From: Negativicutes bacterium
GTDB lineage: Bacteria > Bacillota > Negativicutes > UBA1444
Assembly (NCBI GenBank): GCA_963665275.2
Contig: CAXXIN010000020.1
Coordinates: 1 to 17,484 of the forward strand
Direction: 5' to 3'
Length of the DNA stretch: 17,484 nt
Position 1 is the first letter of the stretch. Each line of letters opens with the position of its first letter. This document shows positions 9,233 through 17,170 of this stretch, one piece after another. The notes under the pieces were generated by a model, which saw nothing but the letters and a program-made list of their open reading frames with translations, searched no databases and was not told where the DNA came from. The position numbers and the translations under genes were made by a program.

Positions 9233-9779
9233 TTATATGATCTTTTCGCCGCGGTAGCGCTCGCCACCTGCATCCGGCATGATTCCATATCTTTCAGTCC
9301 ACAAAGTCTTATATTTCAGCGCTTGGGCATGGATACTGTCCCAATCTTCAGGAATTGACCGGACCACTTTGGCCGGAACGCCTACAACAAGCGAATGCGG
9401 CGGAATAATCTGCCCCTCGCGCACTAGCGCCCCCGCCGCTATTATGCTGCCGGCGCCAATCACGGCGCCGGTCAGCACGATAGCGCCAATGCCTATCAGG
9501 CAATGGTCTTCCACGACCGCCCCGTGAACTACGGCGCTATGGCCGACAGTGACAAAATCACCGAGGATACAGGGATTGTCGTCCGCGACATGCAACACGG
9601 CATTATCCTGAACGTTGCTATATCGGCCCACTTCAATACGGTTCACATCGCCGCGCGCCACCGCATTGCACCACATGCTGCTAAACTCCTTCATTTTTTA
9701 CCGCGCCGATGACCCTGGCGCCATCGGCCAGAAAATTTTTTTTATCCAACTCCGGTTGTTTTCCCTCAAATTCTTTCAT
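9233..9779 (-). CDS. Gamma-carbonic anhydrase family (YrdA/PaaY-like) left-handed beta-helix protein, frameshift in an A6 run near 9696
   Basis: Reconstructed MKEFEGKQPELDKKNFLADGARVIGAVKMKEFSSMWCNAVARGDVNRIEVGRYSNVQDNAVLH...TVGHSAVVHG...LIGIGAIVL. Three metal-binding His and hexapeptide repeats; AAGGAG RBS before 9779. Confidence 0.9.
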
Positions 9780-9834
9780 GATATAATGCTCCTTCCATGA
9801 TATGCCTGCTACAATTATAAGTATAACCCAAAGC

Positions 9835-9861
9835 AAAAAAAAAGGAACCCTCCTTGGTTCC
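9835..9861 (-). terminator. Intrinsic terminator downstream of the repeat-protein gene
   Basis: Minus strand GGAACC-aaggag-GGTTCC followed by T9. Confidence 0.8.
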
Positions 9862-9908
9862 ACTCTCCATCCATTGCTTCGGTAGGGGGGAGCCGCTCAG
9901 CCGACTCG

Positions 9909-10580
9909 CTACGAAGCCCTCAATTGCTGCAATTGTTGCAAAAACGACTGCATATTGCCAAGATCGTCCTCGGTAACGGTACCTGCTGCCACTTTGTCTA
10001 AAAATATTTTCAGCAGGTCTTCGCTTTCAGTACTGTTTGAATTGCTTGCCTCGCTTGTGCCATGCACGCCACGCTGCTGCATTTGTTGCAGAAAACTTTG
10101 CATGCTTGTCAGGTCATCGTCAGTGACTGTCCCATCAGCTACTTTATCCAAAAAATTCTTCAGGGAGTCCTTGTTCCCGTTCGCGTTGCTGGTCTGGCCA
10201 ATTGCAGCCGTCCCCGATTGCTGCAACTGCTGCAGAAAGCTCTGGATACTTGCCAGATCGGAATCAGAAACTGTGCCGCTGGCTACCTTATCCAGAAAAT
10301 CCCTGATTGGGTCACCGCTGCCGTTCGTGCTGGAATCGGCGGAATTGCTGGAGTCCGCGTTTGCTGTTGGCGGTGGACCTGTCGGCGGTCCGGACGGTGG
10401 CGGCATCGCTCCCGATAATTCAAAGGTATCACCGTCACTGTTTGTGAAAACACTCTGCGCGTTTCTGGCGGCCGATGTCGTCGAGGCGCTGTCCGTGCCG
10501 GCGTCTGTACTGGAATCGGCTTTTTTCAAAAGCATTTGTTGATACCACCAAGCACTGGTGTTCACAGAGGAAACGTTCAT
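9909..10580 (-). CDS. Hypothetical Ser/Thr/Asp-rich protein with a Pro-rich segment and three 32-aa helix-loop-helix repeats
   Basis: Intact 223 aa ORF with strong AAGGAGGTG RBS and its own terminator. Protein-level repeats with synonymous divergence show this is the coding frame. Confidence 0.85.
   Translation of the reverse strand: MNVSSVNTSAWWYQQMLLKKADSSTDAGTDSASTTSAARNAQSVFTNSDGDTFELSGAMPPPSGPPTGPPPTANADSSNSADSSTNGSGDPIRDFLDKVASGTVSDSDLASIQSFLQQLQQSGTAAIGQTSNANGNKDSLKNFLDKVADGTVTDDDLTSMQSFLQQMQQRGVHGTSEASNSNSTESEDLLKIFLDKVAAGTVTEDDLGNMQSFLQQLQQLRAS
9924..10313 (-). repeat. Three intragenic 96-bp repeats encoding D..x.FLDKVAxGTVx.DL.xxQSFLQQxQQ
   Basis: Units at 10218-10313 (DPIRDFLDKVASGTVSDSDLASIQSFLQQLQQ), 10074-10169 (DSLKNFLDKVADGTVTDDDLTSMQSFLQQMQQ) and 9924-10019 (DLLKIFLDKVAAGTVTEDDLGNMQSFLQQLQQ), separated by 16-18 aa low-complexity linkers. 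Confidence 0.95.
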
Positions 10581-10671
10581 TTTTCCACCTCCTTTTCACT
10601 TGTTTTCTGACCGCGCCCTCAGCACGGCGGGCAGCTAATTCCCTACCTGCTATATGCATCGAAAAAAAATC

Positions 10672-10708
10672 CTTTGATTTTTCTTTGAACCAAATGCTTT
10701 TCAAAGAA
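10672..10708. promoter_or_regulatory. Candidate OmpR-family binding site in the divergent intergenic region
   Basis: CTTTGA direct repeat with 11-bp period (10672-10677, 10683-10688), plus inverted repeat TTCTTTGAA (10681-10689) / TTCAAAGAA (10700-10708). Confidence 0.5.
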
Positions 10709-10751
10709 TTCTTGGGTACAATTTTATATAGAAAGAAATAAGAGGTGGCCT

Positions 10752-11438
10752 ATGAAGCTGTTGTTGGTCGATGATGAAATCAAGCTGTTGGAAGCACTAT
10801 CCTATACATTGAAAAAAAAAGGGTATGTCACCGATACGGCTACAGATGGCGATACAGGCCTGGAGCTGGCGATGAGCGGAATCTATGACATCATTATTCT
10901 TGACCGCATGTTGCCCGGATTAAGCGGCATGGACATATTACAGACGATACGCAAGCATTCCGTTAATACACCCGTACTGTTTTTGACTGCCCGCGATTCA
11001 TCGGAAGATCGTGTAGCTGGATTGGATGCCGGCGCAGACGATTACCTAGTTAAGCCGTTTTCCACGGAAGAATTTCTGGCCCGGTTGAGGGCGCTGGCAA
11101 GACGTCAAAACAAAGAACTGACGGAAAATACCATAACTGTGGGAAACCTAACTCTCAACCCTATGCACGGTGAAGCCGCCTTCAATGGACAAACAATTCG
11201 GCTTACCGTAAAAGAATCATTGCTACTGGAACTGCTCATGCGAAACGCGGGACGGGTGATTACCAAAGAACGCATCCTATATAAAGTTTGGAGTTTTTCT
11301 TCGGATATTGAACTATCCAATGTCGACCTTTACATCCACTATCTGAGAAAGAAACTGCCGGGGTATTGCATTCGTACCGTTCGCGGCGTCGGATATTGTC
11401 TGCAGGAGGAAGATTATGTTCCGCAAGCTTCTGATTAA
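10752..11438 (+). CDS. OmpR/PhoB-family DNA-binding response regulator
   Basis: MKLLLVDDE, YDIIILDRMLPG (phospho-Asp), PVLFLTARD, GLDAGADDYLVKPF, winged helix LTVKE..LLELL...VDLYIHYLRKKL...IRTVRGVGY. Confidence 0.96.
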   Translation: MKLLLVDDEIKLLEALSYTLKKKGYVTDTATDGDTGLELAMSGIYDIIILDRMLPGLSGMDILQTIRKHSVNTPVLFLTARDSSEDRVAGLDAGADDYLVKPFSTEEFLARLRALARRQNKELTENTITVGNLTLNPMHGEAAFNGQTIRLTVKESLLLELLMRNAGRVITKERILYKVWSFSSDIELSNVDLYIHYLRKKLPGYCIRTVRGVGYCLQEEDYVPQASD

Positions 11439-12768
11439 ACTCACATTACTTAATGCCAGCGTAATTGCAATCTTGTTCTTTTTCCTGATTGCCGGGGTCT
11501 ATCTTTTTGCTCAGTATGACATTAATCGCCATTCAAAATCATTTCTTTCGCGAGTGGCCGCAGATATAAATGCCGGTCGACGTCCGCCAATGTTTCCGGG
11601 ACCCTTTAATGACCAAGCCACGACCGCCACTTCCGATTCCCTACCCGCGCCGCCTTCAGTGCCGCCGCCGGGGCTGTCGTTTAGCCGGCCTGTCCCTCCT
11701 CCTGATGACGAAATGCCTCACCCAATAATATTTTACGCCAAACTGGATCCGGCAGGCGCCATTGTCGCCACATCCTCTACGTTACCGCTTCCTAGAGCCC
11801 AGCTTGAAACTTTGGTTCAACTGGTAGGCAAAAAATCCGAACCCAGCAGTCAGATATTTTTTCAGGATGCAACCTATTTTTACTATAGCGTTGAGCGGCA
11901 GGACGCGCCTGGACGATTGCTGCTTTTTCAGAATTTTGAACGGGAGCGCGGAGTATTCCGCACGGTAATGACTGCTTTGGCTGTCATCGGCATGTTTTGT
12001 TTTATTGCCTCTTTGTTTGGCAGTTTGTTCTTGGCACGACGGGCTATGAAACCAATACAACAATCCTGGGCTCAGCAACGCGATTTTTTGGCGGATGCGT
12101 CGCATGAACTGCGTACGCCACTCGCAGTAATGCAGGCCAGTTTGGATGTAATCGAAAGCAATTCCGACGAATTGGTTTCAGAACAAACCCAGTGGCTAAA
12201 TAATATTGGCGAAAGCGTCAAATCGATGGCTGCCTTAGTAGAATCTCTGCTTTTTCTTGCCCGGATTGATACAATGCAACACCCGATTGATAAAAAAGCA
12301 TTCGCGCTCGACTTGGCAATCGCGAATGCAACAACTCCTTATATTACCTTGGCAGCGACAAAAAAAATCAGCCTAACAACCGAATTGGAGCCAAATTTAA
12401 ATTTATTAGGCGATGAGGGCAGAATCAAACAGGTAGTCGGCATTCTCCTCGACAATGCCATCCGCCATACGCCGGCGGGTGGTGAAATATCCGTCTTGCT
12501 GCACCGGCTCAATCGCAGCGCGCAACTGACAATAACCGACACGGGAGAAGGAATTCCCAGCGCGCATCTGCATAAAATATTCGACCGCTTTTATCAGGTC
12601 GACCCCGCTCGCAACAAAGGAGGCGCCGGGTTGGGACTAGCGATTGCAAAATCTATTATTGAAGCGCACGCCGGCACAATACAGGCAATCAGCAAATTGG
12701 GCGTCGGCGCCAGTTTTCTCATTCAACTGCCCCTCACAACTTCCCATAAGGAATCCCCTGCATCATAA
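11416..12768 (+). CDS. Two-TM sensor histidine kinase (HisKA + HATPase_c) with Pro-rich extracytoplasmic region
   Basis: TM1 (LLNASVIAILFFFLIAGVYLF), TM2 (ALAVIGMFCFIASLFGSLFLA), H-box DFLADASHELRTPL, N-box ILLDNAIRH, G1 DTGEGIP, F-box IFDRFY, G2 GAGLGLAIAK. Overlaps the response regulator 3' end and has a GGAGG RBS. Confidence 0.96.
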   Translation: MFRKLLIKLTLLNASVIAILFFFLIAGVYLFAQYDINRHSKSFLSRVAADINAGRRPPMFPGPFNDQATTATSDSLPAPPSVPPPGLSFSRPVPPPDDEMPHPIIFYAKLDPAGAIVATSSTLPLPRAQLETLVQLVGKKSEPSSQIFFQDATYFYYSVERQDAPGRLLLFQNFERERGVFRTVMTALAVIGMFCFIASLFGSLFLARRAMKPIQQSWAQQRDFLADASHELRTPLAVMQASLDVIESNSDELVSEQTQWLNNIGESVKSMAALVESLLFLARIDTMQHPIDKKAFALDLAIANATTPYITLAATKKISLTTELEPNLNLLGDEGRIKQVVGILLDNAIRHTPAGGEISVLLHRLNRSAQLTITDTGEGIPSAHLHKIFDRFYQVDPARNKGGAGLGLAIAKSIIEAHAGTIQAISKLGVGASFLIQLPLTTSHKESPAS

Positions 12769-13471
12769 AGCAAAACAAACGGTGCTCCGGCAGTTCGTTT
12801 AATTGTTGGGTTCCATGCAACGCCACCTGCCGGAGCGGATTTGATTCACCGGATTTTTCAACGCGAAGACGTTTTAATACGACTTGCCCCCGTGCGGTAG
12901 GACCAGTCATTTCACGTACAACCAGTCGTCTTACCAATACCGCGAAAACAGGGACCGTCAGCGCCAACGCTACTTGCAATCCCCCCTCATAGGAGTCGAT
13001 AAATCTTAAGCTGCCGATCACAATGAGTGCCGGTGACAAAATTGTCAGCCCCCATTGCCAGCGGGCCGGCCTTCTCCACCAGCCTGCTATTTGTATGTCA
13101 GTCATGATTCCCCTCACGCTGGCAGTCATTTGCTGCCGGGCTTTTTTTACTGCGGCGGCATTCCCCTGAAGGTTATCAAATGCTTCCAGAACCGCTTCCT
13201 CCTGTTTCGAAAGGGCTAACACATTTTCCCTACTCATCGATGCCACTATCCGCTTACTGCGGCTATCCACCTTGAGTTCAATGAGTTTCCGCGCCTGCAA
13301 ATCAAACATTACCGTTTCGACGACGGCGCCAAGTCCACCCCGTAGCAGAGCAACTTCCAGCACCTTGGGAGGCTCAGGCCGATTGGGTCGATGATATTCC
13401 CGTCGCAACAGCAGTATGCTAAATACAGCTACGGCGCCGACATAAACAAGATAAAAAAAATAAGTATTCAT
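12734..13471 (-). CDS. TIGR04222-like integral membrane protein
   Basis: N-terminal TM (FFYLVYVGAVAVFSILLLRR), EVALLRGG..AVVETV...L, two further TMs, then PTARG..VL..LR and VALHG, a motif order I recognise from TIGR04222 proteins. Confidence 0.7.
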   Translation of the reverse strand: MNTYFFYLVYVGAVAVFSILLLRREYHRPNRPEPPKVLEVALLRGGLGAVVETVMFDLQARKLIELKVDSRSKRIVASMSRENVLALSKQEEAVLEAFDNLQGNAAAVKKARQQMTASVRGIMTDIQIAGWWRRPARWQWGLTILSPALIVIGSLRFIDSYEGGLQVALALTVPVFAVLVRRLVVREMTGPTARGQVVLKRLRVEKSGESNPLRQVALHGTQQLNELPEHRLFCFMMQGIPYGKL

Positions 13472-13519
13472 TTAAACCATGTTAACCTATTCATTTTTCT
13501 ACTAGTATCAGCATGTATG

Positions 13520-13546
13520 TTTCGCTTTTGTCAGCTAAAATCCTGC
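13520..13546 (-). promoter_or_regulatory. Sigma-H-like promoter of the TIGR04222-like gene (GCAGGA-N17-GAAA)
   Basis: Minus strand gcAGGAttttagctgacaaaagcGAAAc, 17-nt spacing, located just downstream of the flagellar terminator. Confidence 0.5.
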
Positions 13547-13568
13547 TCTTTTCACTGTCAAATCAAAT

Positions 13569-13622
13569 AAAAAACCGGCAATCCGCCCAAATTTAAGGGT
13601 TTGACTGCCGGAACTTTTTTTT
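13569..13622. terminator. Intrinsic terminator of the flagellar cluster (A-tract and T-tract on either side)
   Basis: AAAAAA-CCGGCA...TGCCGG-aac-T8; on the minus strand the stem is followed by T6. Confidence 0.7.
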
Positions 13623-13650
13623 GTGGCCTTTCTTCCTATTTCACTTTTCA

Positions 13651-14065
13651 CTATCCTTTTCGACTAAACCCACGTGAAACTCCCTGATACCAACGCCCAA
13701 TATAAGTCTGCCGAAGCTCCCGGGTTTTCGAATTGCCAACCATTTGCTCGGCAATTCTTTTTTTTTTCATCCAGAGCAGTCTGAATCGCCACCGCGCTGG
13801 CAGCCAGAACAATCTGTTGCGACTTTTGAATATGCCGGCGAAGCTTTTGCACTTCAATTTGATCGTTCCACTGCCGGCCCTCTTTTTCTTGCTCGATCAG
13901 TATTGCCAGTGTCTCCAACAATTGACCTCGTGTTCGCAGCAGGCGGTTTAAACCCACCATCTTCTGCTTGCGGATAAAACGGACTTGGCTTTCGGTGTTG
14001 CCGATGATTTTGTCCAGAAGGTCCTGCTTTCTATTTAGAAGCGCAACATACTCGATCAGTATCAT
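13651..14065 (-). CDS. Flagellar export chaperone-like protein (FlgN/FliT-like), frameshift in an A10 run at 13758-13767
   Basis: About 137 aa helical protein after removing one A (…ALDEKKRIAEQMVGNSKTRELRQTYIGRWYQGVSRGFSRKG*). LNRLLRTRGQLLETL helix, a C-terminal Y...G.F.RKG tail, and position 4 nt after fliD. Confidence 0.6.
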
Positions 14066-14069
14066 ACTA

Positions 14070-16008
14070 TCAACTGTCCGAACTGGTCAGCGATGCAATA
14101 TAGGAACTTTGGGAATTCAACTCACTGATCGCTGCTTCCATCGCCGCATACTGTGCTTCGAGCCGGGTTCGCAAAGTTTCCAGGCGCTCTTCTTCATCGC
14201 TAATTCTTGTTTCATACTCGGTAATCTGTTTTGTTATCGCATTATCAGAGTCACTGCCATCACTGTCCATACCCGCTTTTTCCAGCAAAAACCCTTTATT
14301 GCCGGCCGAATCAACGCCGGTGGCCACATAGTCCAATAAGGTATCAAAGAAGCGCCAGGCAATGCCTTCCTCGCTGGTACGTGTTGCTCTCTCGCTTGAA
14401 TTTAATGTCCGCACCCCTGAAGACGTGTTCGAGCTATAACTGGTCGACCTTTGGCCAAACAGCTCCGCGATGGAAGAGGCGTCAGCCGCGATAGCCTCCG
14501 CAAGCGCGTCTTCATCAAGATACAGCTTGCCATTTTCCGTATAGGTCCCGGTTGTAATGCCGATATCCGCAAGTGTCAGGGACGACCCGGAAACGGAATT
14601 CATCAGTGAATTTCGCATCGTGCTAAGCATCTTGGTCAATAGTGTGTCATTGGCAAGCAACCCCGTCTTGGCCTTTTCGTTCCATTGCGAAATTTCAGCC
14701 TCAGTCATTTCCGCTTCCTGATCTGAGGTTAGCGGCGGATAGTCACTGTCATAAGTTTCATCCAAAGCAGCATTGATCGTTTCGATCAGTGTATTATAAG
14801 CATCAACAAAGTTGCTGACCAAACTGCTGATTGCCTCCGTGTCCTGTTCTACAGTGACCGTAACCTCTTCTGTTGTCACAGCGCCCAGTTTGTACGTCAC
14901 TCCATCCACCACAACCGAATTAGTATTTCGGGTCAATTTCGTGCCGTCAATCGTCATCACGGAGTCTGTCCCTGCCGCAACCGTACCGCCGAGCAATGAA
15001 GAAATGAAGCTGCCGTCCGTATCACTGACAGTTATGGTTGCTCCTGCCCCCAGCGTGTTCGCTGTCAATACTAGTTTCCCCGTCAGATCGTCGTATTTCG
15101 CCGTTACGCCCGCACCACTTTTATTTATTCGCTCGATAACCGTGCTAAGGGTATCGTCCTCGTCGCAATAAAGTGCCGTGCCATTGATCGTAAAATTAGC
15201 TTCCCCGTCGGAATTAAATGTCATGGTCGTGCTCATTTGCGAGGCAATGGTTGCCATCGTCGATGAGGTGCTGATCCGGTTGGATGTTGACGAAGAGGTT
15301 CCAAATCCCAAATCGGACAAGGCGCCATTACTCGAGCTATCGGCGATTGAAATCGCCTGCACCCCACTATCATCGCCGGTGGAAAAAGTCAAATAGCCGT
15401 CGCTGTTTGTGGCGACAACCACTTTGCTAACCGTACTTGTGCCAGAGGTAGCGGTTCCCACGGCCGAGTCAATTGCAGACTGCAACGAATCGACATCAGT
15501 CACCGACGAATCTATTTTCACCGTGTATTCTGCGCCGTCAACCGTAATAACAAAGCTTTGACCGCTGGTATAGGTCGGCGTATCGCTAGCAACCACCCCT
15601 TTAGAAATCGCACTGCTGCCGGTTAGAGTTGCGGCCGTCGCCAATTGTGACACAAAAAATCGTATGGGAACCTGCCGTTGATGTACTAGTCGCTGTGGCC
15701 GTAATCGACGTCGTGTTGCTGCTACCGGTAGTAAACTGCAGATAATTTGACGCCTTGGTCAAACTGGAGGAGGAAGTAGTGGAAAAATAGGTACTGTTAA
15801 ACGTTGTAATATCGCTGATGATACTGCGGTAAGCTTCTTGTTTCCATTCGGCCAGCTGTGCTTTTTGCTTCAATGAATTCAGCTTTGTACTTTCCGCCGT
15901 AATCAACCCATCGATGATCGTTTCAGTATCAATCCCGGACGCCAAGCCGGAAATGGCAGTACTGCCTGTACTTGTGGTATACGTGCTGATGCTACTGCTG
16001 CTCGACAT
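14070..16008 (-). CDS. fliD: Flagellar filament cap protein FliD (HAP2), frameshift near 15656
   Basis: N-terminal ISGLASGIDTETIIDGL..AE..KL..LKQK.QL.EWKQEAYR; C-terminal FVDAYNTLI...DYPPLT..Q..EM...EI..WNEKAKTGLL.ND...LADIGITTG...GKLYLDE...QYAAMEAAISELNSQSSYI. Confidence 0.95.
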
Positions 16009-16025
16009 GAATAGGTCCCCTCCTT

Positions 16026-17122
16026 CTACTTATATAATCGATCAAAGTCTCAGAAATGACCTTGGCGCCTACGCTCAACGACGCATCATATACCGTCTGC
16101 GCCGAGGTCACATCCACCGAAACCTTGGCAACATCGATATCTTCCACACTACTCAGCAGTCCGGTATAGGTTGTATAATCATCCCCCAATCGGCTGGTGC
16201 AAGTCGAAACATAGTTTTGCCGGGCCCCCAGATCCGAAGTTTCCGTTGAAATCTGAGCCAAGTTATTATCAATATCCGTCAACAGACCGTCCAAGGTAAA
16301 CTCGGTTTCAGTTACTCCCGTCGCGGTTCCTGAAGCATCCACCGTAACCGTTTTGCAGCGGGTTTCACCATCTAGTCCCAGCAGTAGTTTATCTATCGTA
16401 TCGAACAAGTTCGTGATTCCTGCGCCGGTTACGTTCTGCCCTTCGACATTTACCGCGGTCTCACTGCTATAACCAGTATTGTATTTGATCTCCTGGGCTC
16501 CGGAACTGGCATAGATGTTACTGGTCGTAACTCCGCCGGTAGTCGTCGAAGCATAGGTATTATAAGCTGCAATCAGATCAGTATCTGAAAGAGAGCTGGA
16601 CGCCGCTCCGTACAAGCTCAAATAGGCGCTTTTAAAAGTTACCTGATCCACACTGGTTGTGCCTACTGTTGTGGAGATCGTAGCATACGGCTCGGCGTCC
16701 GTTGCATAACCGCCAAAAATATAGCGCCCTGCATAGCTGGTGTTCATTAATTCGAGAGCGCTGGTTTTCAGTTCACTCACTTCCGCTGCAATATCCGCTT
16801 TGTCCGAATCAGTCAGGGTAACGCTGGAAGCTTGCACCGTCAAATCGCGTACTTGTTGCACAATATCCGTCAAAGAACTCAGCGCGCCGGAAGTCACCGT
16901 CATCCAGGACGTTGCGTCGGCAGCATTGGACTGGTATTGCGTAATGGTGGATACATAATTTCGGTATTTCAATGCTTTCGTGGCGGCGATCGGATCGTCG
17001 GACGGCAACTGAATTTTTGATTGGGTGGCCATTTGCGTCTGCGCCGTATCCAGGCGTTGCATATTATTAGTGATGTTACGAATCGTATTTTGCGCCATCA
17101 TATTATTTGTAATCCGGATCAT
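16026..17122 (-). CDS. flgL: Flagellar hook-associated protein 3 FlgL
   Basis: MIRITNNMM...KIQLPSDDPIAA..AL.YR...QYQSN...NTSYAGRYIFGG...DLGARQN...LLSSVEDID...Y.ASL.VGAKVI..TLIDYI. The ORF track runs to 15992, but that tail (SRRRGPIHVEQQ) reads through the fliD RBS; a missing A would give DYIK* with TAG at 16026-16028. Confidence 0.93.
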
Positions 17123-17170
17123 GGTCTCGGCCTCCTTCTCTTAACGGATAATATTGGTCGCAAATAGCGA

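Noticed and set aside
9924-10313. Repeat-spacer pattern as a CRISPR array
   Set aside because: Units are 96 bp, diverge at synonymous positions, stay in frame within a protein, and no cas genes are present.
9955-10542. 195-aa plus-strand ORF and other antisense ORFs (e.g. 7956-8504, 5477-5902, 6198-6614, 14812-15171)
   Set aside because: They are shadows of well-supported minus-strand genes, with no recognisable motifs or RBS.
10590-10655. GC-rich hairpins in the 5' leader of the repeat-protein gene as a riboswitch (guanidine, c-di-GMP, fluoride)
   Set aside because: I could not find the conserved cores (ACGR loops, GEMM GGCAAA/GNRA, fluoride GGCGAUG); an Rfam/Infernal scan would be needed to support any call.
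10650-10700. Sigma-28 promoter for the repeat-protein gene
   Set aside because: Only a partial CGAT is present and there is no TAAA at the proper spacing from a GCCGATAT-like box.
13758-13767. Poly-A10 tract as a phase-variation switch in the flagellar chaperone
   Set aside because: It cannot be distinguished from the homopolymer errors seen throughout the window without read-level data.
15992-16025. C-terminal extension of FlgL (SRRRGPIHVEQQ) overlapping fliD
   Set aside because: It translates the fliD Shine-Dalgarno region; FlgL normally ends right after the L.DY/F motif, and one missing A restores DYIK*.
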